Source: Octopus sinensis
Lineage: Eukaryota
DNA: 64,000 nt
Assembly: GCF_006345805.1 (NCBI RefSeq)
Contig: NC_043013.1
Coordinates: forward strand, 25,606,001 to 25,670,000
Reading direction: 5' to 3'
A program made the position numbers and the translations under genes. A model generated the notes under the pieces. The model was not told where the DNA came from and searched no databases. It saw only the letters and a list, made by a program, of their open reading frames with translations. Shown piece by piece: positions 61,201 through 64,000 of this stretch. How positions within the stretch are numbered: position 1 is the first letter of the stretch; each line of letters starts with the position of its first letter.

Positions 61201-63927
61201 GTGATGCTGACCACCACAAATTGTGATTGTTCTTGCAATTGTAATTAAGTTTTAATTCTTATAAGTGATCTCATTTGCCAAATTCCCTTTCAGAGAACTT
61301 GCCTTGTTTGCTTCTTCCAAACTATTTCTACTTCATTAAGGTTTGTAGGCTTTCTTTTTGCAGGAAATTGGCCGAGGCCGAGGCCGGGGTTTTGATCGTA
61401 ACCAAGGCTTTAGTCGAGGGCGATTCTTTACTCCTCCAGGCAACTACCGAAGAAATCCTGGACAATTTGGTGAGTAGCCTGTTTTCTCTTCATTGGATTG
61501 GTGGTCAATATACAACACACACACACACAAAATCATATCCTGCTGCCAACACATTTTAATCATTTACCTGTTCACTGGAGTAAACCATCTGTTACATCAG
61601 AAAAGTAATCTATGTTGGGTTGGTAATTCTAAACTGGATCCATACCACTCTGTGCTACATGACAATAATGAAAGATTTATTTGATTTCAAAACTTTAATT
61701 TATTTTAATTTTAAGCAATTAACCCATGCAGATTGGTATTAGGTTACATGAAATTACTCAGCCTATGTTTCACAGCTGGTTATGTTAATTTTATTTAGTC
61801 AATATCATATGTTCACAGCTGGGTGTGTCTAGTGATCACAATGTGTTCACAGCAGCGGAGCATGGGCTGTGACTGCCAGGTACAGGTGATGGCCTGAAAG
61901 AAATGAAGCTAGTACTTTGCTTTGCTGGAATGTGCAAAGTCAGTGTGCATGTATGACAAAGTGTTACACATCTTGAGAGAAAAGTTGGGCATAAGAGGCA
62001 TCAGATGTGGTGTGCAAGAGAGACAACTATGTTGGTATGGTCATGTGATGCGTATGGACAAAGACAGCTGTGTAAAGAAGTGCCAGTCTCTAATTGTGGA
62101 GGGAACCTGTGGAAAGAGTAGACTCTGGAAGAAATGGGACGGGGTGGTAGGTGGTGAAGCATGATCTTTGAATACTGGGCCTCATGGAGGCAATGACTAG
62201 TGACCAAGACATTTGGTGATATGCTGTGTTTGAGATGACCTGTCACGCAAAGTGAAATCGTAGTCATGCCTGATGCTGGTGTTATAAATGGCACCTGTGC
62301 CAGTGGCATGTAAGAAGTACCCTTTGAACATTGGGCCTCACGGAGACAATGATAAGTGACCGAAACCTTTGGCAATATGTCATGCTTGAGAAGATCTGTC
62401 AAGCCAAGTGAAATTGTAGTTGTGGAGAATGCTGGTGTTACATGAAAAGCACCCAGTACACTCTGTAAAGTGGTTGGCATTAGGAAGGGCATCCAGCTGT
62501 AGAGACCATGCCAAATCAGATTGGAACCTGGTGTAGCCCTACAACTTTACCATCATCATCATCGTCATTTAGTGTCTGTTGTCCATGCTGGTATGGGTTG
62601 GACGATTTGACCAGGGCTAGTAAGCTGCACCAGACTCCAGTCTGATTTGACATGGTTTTCTACTACTGGATGCTCTTCCTAACACCAACCACTTTGAGGG
62701 TGTAACGGGTGCTTTCATGTGCCATTTGCGTGACACTGATGTCTGCCATGACTGCGATCTTGCTCGGCTTGATGGTTCTTCTTCTCAAGCATGACCTAAT
62801 GCCAAAGGTCTTGCTCATTGCCTCTGTGAGGCCCAACACTCAAAAGGAACTCAGCCACTTTGCCTCCGTGAGGCCCAACCAGTTTCACTCAAACCATCCA
62901 ACCCATGCCCACATGGAAAGCAGATGATAATAATGATGATGATGATGATGAGCAACGTGTTTGCAGCTGAAGATGTTCACTTTTAGTTTCCATTTTATGT
63001 TCATTTTTAGTTAACAATGGCATTAGGAAGGGCATCCAGCTGTAGAAACTTTGCTACATTAGATTGGAGCCTGGTGCAGCCTTCTGGCCTGTCAGCCCTC
63101 AGTCAAACCATCCAACTCATGCCAGTATGGAAAGCAAATGTTAAACGACAATGATGATGATGATTATACGCTCACAGCCTTTGTTCACTTTTAGTAAACA
63201 TCTTTAGTTCACTGTTGGTAATGTTTACTCAATTTCCAATGATGTCATTGCTTTAGTTGGCTCACTACTTGACCCCATCTTGTGAGGCTCGACTTAGTGA
63301 TTTCCTTCTCTATTTTTCCTTTCCATATCAATTATCTCTTGAAGTTTTGGTTTTTTTTTTCCCTCAAGAATTCCAGCCGTTGAATACTTTTAGAGTGTTT
63401 GTTGCTAACCATCCAGCCATGGAGTTGAAATGGATCCTATTGTCAGTAATCCAGGCAAACTGAGCCATAGACATGCTGTGTGGCTTCCCCAGAGACACAG
63501 TACAATGCCTGTGTCAAAGAAATTTGAATTCATAAACCATATAAAAATATCCAACATTTATTCAGTCATCGTATTTCAGAGTTGAGATCATTTTGAAATT
63601 CAGGGCGTGTTAAAGAGTTGCCCTTTAATCTGAATCCGGTTCTTATTGTTGCTCCTTGCATCTTTCAGGTCACAACACCAACAAAGCCACACTGCCCTAT
63701 TACCCTCAGAACACTCGTGGCGGTGGCAGTGGTGGTGCCGGAATAGGTGGCGGCAGAGGTGACGGTGGTGGCGGCAGAGGTGACGGTGGTGGCGGCAGAG
63801 GTGATGGTGGTGGCGGCAGAGGTGATGGTGGTGGTGGTGGAGGTGGCAACAGTGGCGGTGGTATGAATATCTACACCAACAGAACTAATGTCAGTTTCAA
63901 CAGTCCACGCCAGTTTATCAGAGGAGG
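583..63927 (+). CDS. VIRMA: Protein virilizer homolog (VIRMA/KIAA1429), m6A writer-complex scaffold; 34 exons in window, partial at both ends
   Basis: Spliced exons give DDGYEDISSD, KWIEAVEIIPSLLDKGL, QKGLLFLS, LLSELLPLPLP, NRKLWSAHL, LCEHDWGFYHIK, NTSRPPSMHVDDF and RFFTPP, colinear with human VIRMA as I recall it. All 33 introns are GT-AG and phases are consistent throughout (5764 nt = 2+5760+2). Confidence 0.96.
1795..2024. mobile_element. Tc1/mariner-type MITE
   Basis: TIRs TTGGTTGGTGCGTAATTATT / rc TTAGGTTGGTGCATAATTATT; TA on both sides; internal arms also pair (aacaaaaacatctttaaatgat vs atcatttaaagatgtttttgtt). Confidence 0.85.
5186..5199 (+). CDS. VIRMA: VIRMA exon 2, 14-nt microexon (DAENQ)
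   Basis: tttctttcag|ATGCTGAGAATCAG|gtaaga; converts phase 1 to phase 0, as needed to join exons 1 and 3. Confidence 0.8.
5412..6017 (-). mobile_element. Internally deleted Tc1/mariner element with transposase remnant
   Basis: TIRs CAGAGTGTGGCAGAATTAATGCC / rc CAGGGTGCAGCAGAAGTAATGCC; TA flanks; minus strand reads QDGAWPH and WPSQSPDLTPSDFILWG. Confidence 0.85.
6646..6726 (+). CDS. VIRMA: VIRMA exon 3 (DADDGYEDISSD...DMQ)
   Basis: tacag| ... CAG|gtatta; phase 0-0; conserved DGYExISSD motif. Confidence 0.92.
8971..9060 (+). CDS. VIRMA: VIRMA exon 4 (NVEFFDV...FNPFQCYLAPLA)
   Basis: ttccag| ... GCT|gtaagt; phase 0-0. Confidence 0.88.
10515..10618. repeat. Imperfect (CAT)n microsatellite
   Basis: Direct reading. 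Confidence 0.9.
10665..10975 (+). mobile_element. tRNA-derived SINE, family D (other copies about 160-290 -, 6050-6330 +, 35460-35800 -, 51100-51310 -)
   Basis: tRNA-like head GGCATGTGGCACAGTGGTTAGGGTATTCGGCTCAC; body CAGTCCACTCAACTGGCAAAAA recurs in the other copies; boundaries approximate. Confidence 0.6.
14908..14975 (-). ncRNA. Type-I hammerhead ribozyme motif, copy 1
   Basis: Minus strand: CCG CTGATGA GAACTTT-(27 nt with GCAAAT/ATTTGC stem)-AAAGTTC GAAA CTTGAGG TC^CGG; full core, 7-bp helix II, 3-bp helix I, short helix III. Confidence 0.8.
15679..15746 (-). ncRNA. Type-I hammerhead ribozyme motif, copy 2
   Basis: Same sequence as 14908-14975, offset 771 nt. Confidence 0.75.
16405..16476 (-). 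pseudogene. tRNA-Pro(AGG)-derived pseudogene
   Basis: Minus strand TGCCCTTTGGTCTAGGCGTATGATTTTCGCTTAAGGTGCGAGATGTTCTATGTTCAAATCCCAGACGAGCCC resembles eukaryotic tRNA-Pro; anticodon position reads AAG; acceptor and T stems broken; T-rich run follows. Confidence 0.8.
17608..17756 (+). CDS. VIRMA: VIRMA exon 5 (HFLDPSLTPFEVEK...)
   Basis: cacag| ... AA|gtaagt; phase 0-2. Confidence 0.9.
19592..19671 (+). CDS. VIRMA: VIRMA exon 6 (KWIEAVEIIPSLLDKGLSYL)
   Basis: ttcag| ... G|gtaagt; phase 2-1. Confidence 0.92.
20090..21766. repeat. 43-bp minisatellite, 39 copies, with higher-order structure
   Basis: Unit GATGAYRCTTCAGCCAAGTGRCCARTAGCTTAGCCATTCCACT; 1677 bp = 39 x 43. Confidence 0.97.
21895..22122 (+). 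mobile_element. tRNA-derived SINE, family C, with Nin/Deu-like central domain (other copies 40500-40690 +, 41165-41600 + two in tandem, 58882-59113 -)
   Basis: Head GGCGAGCTGGCAGAATCATTAGC...GAGTTCAAATTC; core GCCTTTCATCCTTTTGGGGTCAATTAAATAAGTACCAG; domain name recalled, not searched. Confidence 0.7.
22232..22392 (+). CDS. VIRMA: VIRMA exon 7 (DVLTTLLDWCIEGL...VRYLKMGIRL)
   Basis: tgcag| ... GTT|gtaagt; phase 1-0. Confidence 0.92.
22560..22890 (-). mobile_element. Non-LTR retrotransposon (RTE-like) C-terminal fragment
   Basis: ORF 22531..22887: KQWVGFTGH...KRPSGRPRKMW...WDVWR, typical of the region after the RT domain. Confidence 0.65.
24586..24930 (+). CDS. VIRMA: VIRMA exon 8 (ERNIQHYLLDL...CYQRLLDIMMTKQ)
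   Basis: ttcag| ... CAG|gtttgt; phase 0-0; ORF 24502..25026. Confidence 0.92.
25092..25470 (+). mobile_element. tRNA-derived SINE, family B, with internal (TA)n/(TG)n (other copies about 14450-16380 - interrupted, 17965-18545, 18715-19095, 30690-31470 interrupted, 35960-36270, 38440-38890 -, 44445-44735, 56560-56944 -, 57768-58154 -)
   Basis: Head GGAGTGGCTGTGTGGTAAG...GGGTTCAGTCCCAC (A/B boxes); body CAAAGCCTTGTGAGTGGATTTGGTAGACGGAAACTGAAAG; tail CAGCATGGCCGCAGTCAAATGACTGAAAC; boundaries approximate. Confidence 0.8.
25717..25805 (+). CDS. VIRMA: VIRMA exon 9 (IVRVAVAGTALLRKIHTFEVL)
   Basis: ttcag| ... CA|gtaagt; phase 0-2. Confidence 0.92.
26150..26393 (+). CDS. VIRMA: VIRMA exon 10 (with G/N-rich linker; LEEITKVMTQAPFLI)
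   Basis: ttcag| ... ATA|gtatgt; phase 2-0. Confidence 0.9.
27019..27116 (+). CDS. VIRMA: VIRMA exon 11 (AQPRRSLP...DIYPNLF)
   Basis: tctag| ... TG|gtgagt; phase 0-2. Confidence 0.9.
29432..29612 (+). CDS. VIRMA: VIRMA exon 12 (QLLECLFVLLS...QKGLLFLS...LRAL)
   Basis: ttcag| ... GGT|gtaagt; phase 2-0. Confidence 0.93.
30247..30412. mobile_element. hAT-type MITE
   Basis: TIRs CAGTGGTTCCCAACCT / rc CAATGGTTCCAAACCT; 8-bp TSD degenerate (gtgtaagc vs gtgcagat). Confidence 0.65.
30509..30626 (+). CDS. VIRMA: VIRMA exon 13 (DYNREE...LQTLQYVDQL)
   Basis: ttcag| ... A|gtaagt; phase 0-1. Confidence 0.92.
32164..32319 (+). CDS. VIRMA: VIRMA exon 14 (LGVLHSMYSMTINPLGREAV)
   Basis: ttcag| ... G|gtaagt; phase 1-1. 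Confidence 0.93.
33938..34114 (+). CDS. VIRMA: VIRMA exon 15 (KKSVCAGYVSELL...)
   Basis: tacag| ... C|gtaagt; phase 1-1. Confidence 0.88.
34480..34790 (+). mobile_element. Family A repeat: RTE-type SINE or LINE 3' end with (GAT)n tail; most abundant element, about 30 copies in both orientations
   Basis: GGCACGTAAAAAGCACCCACTACACTC...GGTTGGCGTTAGGAAGGGCATCCAGC...GTCCAACCCATGCCAGCATGGAAAGCGGACG.TAAACGATGATGAT recurs, e.g. 2808-3035+, 3039-3425-, 6975-7210+, 9840-10148+, 23905-24128+, 30855-31225-, 40005-40318-, 47600-47848+, 51890-52160+, 52190-52650-, 56330-56545-, 63015-63165+. Confidence 0.85.
34799..35041. mobile_element. Tc1/mariner-type MITE
   Basis: TIRs CAGGGTGGCCCAAAAGTAGGTTT / rc CAGGGTGACACAAAAGTGGGTTT; TA on the left. 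Confidence 0.75.
35180..35383 (+). CDS. VIRMA: VIRMA exon 16 (EWLCPIKK...PRGLITILRVL)
   Basis: ttcag| ... G|gtaagt; phase 1-1. Confidence 0.92.
36738..37255 (+). mobile_element. RTE-clade LINE 3' fragment (frameshifted)
   Basis: LKMEGRVYRSSVRAAILYGSETW, then MVREMCGV...VRWYGHVLRRDEEHVLKRVLEFEV; ends in (GAT)n. Confidence 0.85.
37389..37474 (+). CDS. VIRMA: VIRMA exon 17 (ELKYSYIIIELLSAD...LQ)
   Basis: ctcag| ... CAG|gtatgt; phase 1-0. Confidence 0.92.
38180..38326 (+). CDS. VIRMA: VIRMA exon 18 (RLADRMQRPWQQG...)
   Basis: tacag| ... GAG|gtaagc; phase 0-0. Confidence 0.92.
41606..41655. repeat. (TTA)n microsatellite just upstream of the exon 19 acceptor
   Basis: Direct reading. Confidence 0.9.
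41688..41783 (+). CDS. VIRMA: VIRMA exon 19 (FRDLTALPVLFELHTVICSVP)
   Basis: tccag| ... CAG|gtgagt; phase 0-0. Confidence 0.92.
42582..42648 (+). CDS. VIRMA: VIRMA exon 20 (IQKTIIDTALCYTQP)
   Basis: tccag| ... G|gtaatt; phase 0-1. Confidence 0.9.
43170..43306 (+). CDS. VIRMA: VIRMA exon 21 (WTLMIKELL...SELLPLPLPIQT)
   Basis: tgcag| ... GAG|gtttgt; phase 1-0. Confidence 0.94.
43333..43560. mobile_element. piggyBac-type TTAA-flanked MITE (other copies 31743-31941, 32609-32813, 53086-53316; second family 27624-27843, 53820-54046)
   Basis: TTAA-CTCTTTCGTTACC ... GTAACGAAAGGG-TTAA; about 200-230 bp with shared internal sequence. Confidence 0.75.
43965..44073 (+). CDS. VIRMA: VIRMA exon 22 (NNRKLWSAHLH)
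   Basis: tatag| ... G|gtaata; phase 0-1. Confidence 0.93.
46263..46353 (+). CDS. VIRMA: VIRMA exon 23 (LRRVCWQIADLAAPSA)
   Basis: ttcag| ... AA|gtgagt; phase 1-2. Confidence 0.93.
48034..48240 (+). CDS. VIRMA: VIRMA exon 24 (CVYEMLIDNL...SHPSVKAAIL)
   Basis: tctag| ... AG|gtaact; phase 2-2. Confidence 0.9.
49992..50360. repeat. 26-bp purine-rich minisatellite (AGACAGACAGGGAGGGACAYGCCCAC), about 11 good units plus degenerate flanks
   Basis: Direct reading; units 1-6 carry CACGCC, units 7-11 CATGCC. Confidence 0.95.
50462..50573 (+). CDS. VIRMA: VIRMA exon 25 (SKLEDKNQDLLTLL...)
   Basis: tacag| ... TTG|gtaaac; phase 2-0. Confidence 0.87.
51405..51479 (+). CDS. VIRMA: VIRMA exon 26 (TILQNLCDPEITL)
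   Basis: tccag| ... CAG|gtatgg; phase 0-0. Confidence 0.92.
54178..54338 (+). CDS. VIRMA: VIRMA exon 27 (LSNALP...CEHDWGFYHIK)
   Basis: tttag| ... AG|gtatct; phase 0-2. Confidence 0.93.
54780..54835. repeat. (AG)n microsatellite about 45 nt upstream of the exon 28 acceptor
   Basis: Direct reading. Confidence 0.9.
54879..55137 (+). CDS. VIRMA: VIRMA exon 28 (CLEKQDH...HPLYELEKLLE)
   Basis: tgtag| ... GAG|gttggt; phase 2-0. Confidence 0.92.
55681..56073. mobile_element. Fold-back element (about 180-bp arms) with a hammerhead core at its centre; Penelope-pLTR-like
   Basis: GAAGTATATTTGCCACCTAAATGTGGCTAACCC...GACCCGAGTTTCTG pairs with CAGAAACTCGGGTC...GGGTTAGCCACATTTAGGTGGTAAATATACTTC; 16-nt loop. 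Confidence 0.85.
56215..56317 (+). CDS. VIRMA: VIRMA exon 29 (ECAKEEETLDTLVES)
   Basis: ttcag| ... G|gtatta; phase 0-1. Confidence 0.9.
57440..57719 (+). CDS. VIRMA: VIRMA exon 30 (EPVMPEGETLNSLFNHR...FNLEEELKK)
   Basis: cccag| ... AG|gttggt; phase 1-2. Confidence 0.93.
58525..58592 (+). CDS. VIRMA: VIRMA exon 31 (LGRRKSSEGVHFPRGKGTKQKF)
   Basis: attag| ... G|gtaagt; phase 2-1. Confidence 0.85.
59961..60142 (+). CDS. VIRMA: VIRMA exon 32 (DPFRSRPPNTSRPPSMHVDDF)
   Basis: tgcag| ... AAA|gttagt; phase 1-0; hallmark C-terminal virilizer motif. Confidence 0.95.
60275..61087 (-). mobile_element. Deleted Tc1/mariner element, most like maT/DD37D
   Basis: Ends CAGGGT..AAATTGTC / GACAATTTACCCTG; minus ORF KHPVNIMLFGVITTDGNVMPPFIF...APCHTSRR...WPPNSSDC. 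Confidence 0.85.
61364..61469 (+). CDS. VIRMA: VIRMA exon 33 (GRGRGRG...RFFTPP)
   Basis: tgcag| ... G|gtgagt; phase 0-1. Confidence 0.92.
61900..62170 (+). mobile_element. RTE-clade LINE 3' fragment
   Basis: LGIRGIRCGVQERQLCWYGHVMRMDKDSCVKKC...GKSRLWKKW. Confidence 0.8.
63669..63927 (+). CDS. VIRMA: VIRMA exon 34 (Gly/RGG-rich); gene continues past the window
   Basis: ttcag| ... GG|gtaagt; phase 1-2; no stop codon reached. Confidence 0.85.
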
Positions 63928-64000
63928 GTAAGTGATATTTAATCCATGCCCATCACTACTGATTTTTTTTCTATTCTCTTTCTTCACTTTCTCCACATTT

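Overview
Eukaryotic, AT-rich, repeat-dense genomic DNA. The SINE/RTE repeat landscape and (TA)n/(CA)n/(ATC)n load suggest an octopus or other coleoid cephalopod (inference). The whole window lies inside one + strand gene, virilizer/VIRMA (KIAA1429), the scaffold of the m6A writer complex. I traced 34 GT-AG exons (583..63927; 5764 nt, 1920 complete codons) whose phases chain without a break, including an obligatory 14-nt microexon. The N-terminal and last exons lie outside the window. Introns hold several SINE families, RTE-LINE fragments, Tc1/mariner, hAT and piggyBac-type MITEs, a tRNA-Pro pseudogene and two minisatellites. The most striking signal is two unrelated intronic fold-back elements with hammerhead-ribozyme cores on the antisense strand. 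One is a complete type-I hammerhead inside a 771-bp head-to-tail duplicated unit, a Penelope-pLTR/retrozyme-like layout that could release a rod-like 771-nt RNA. Its sense-strand mirror copy is mutated. Family assignments rest on recalled motifs; no database searches were run.
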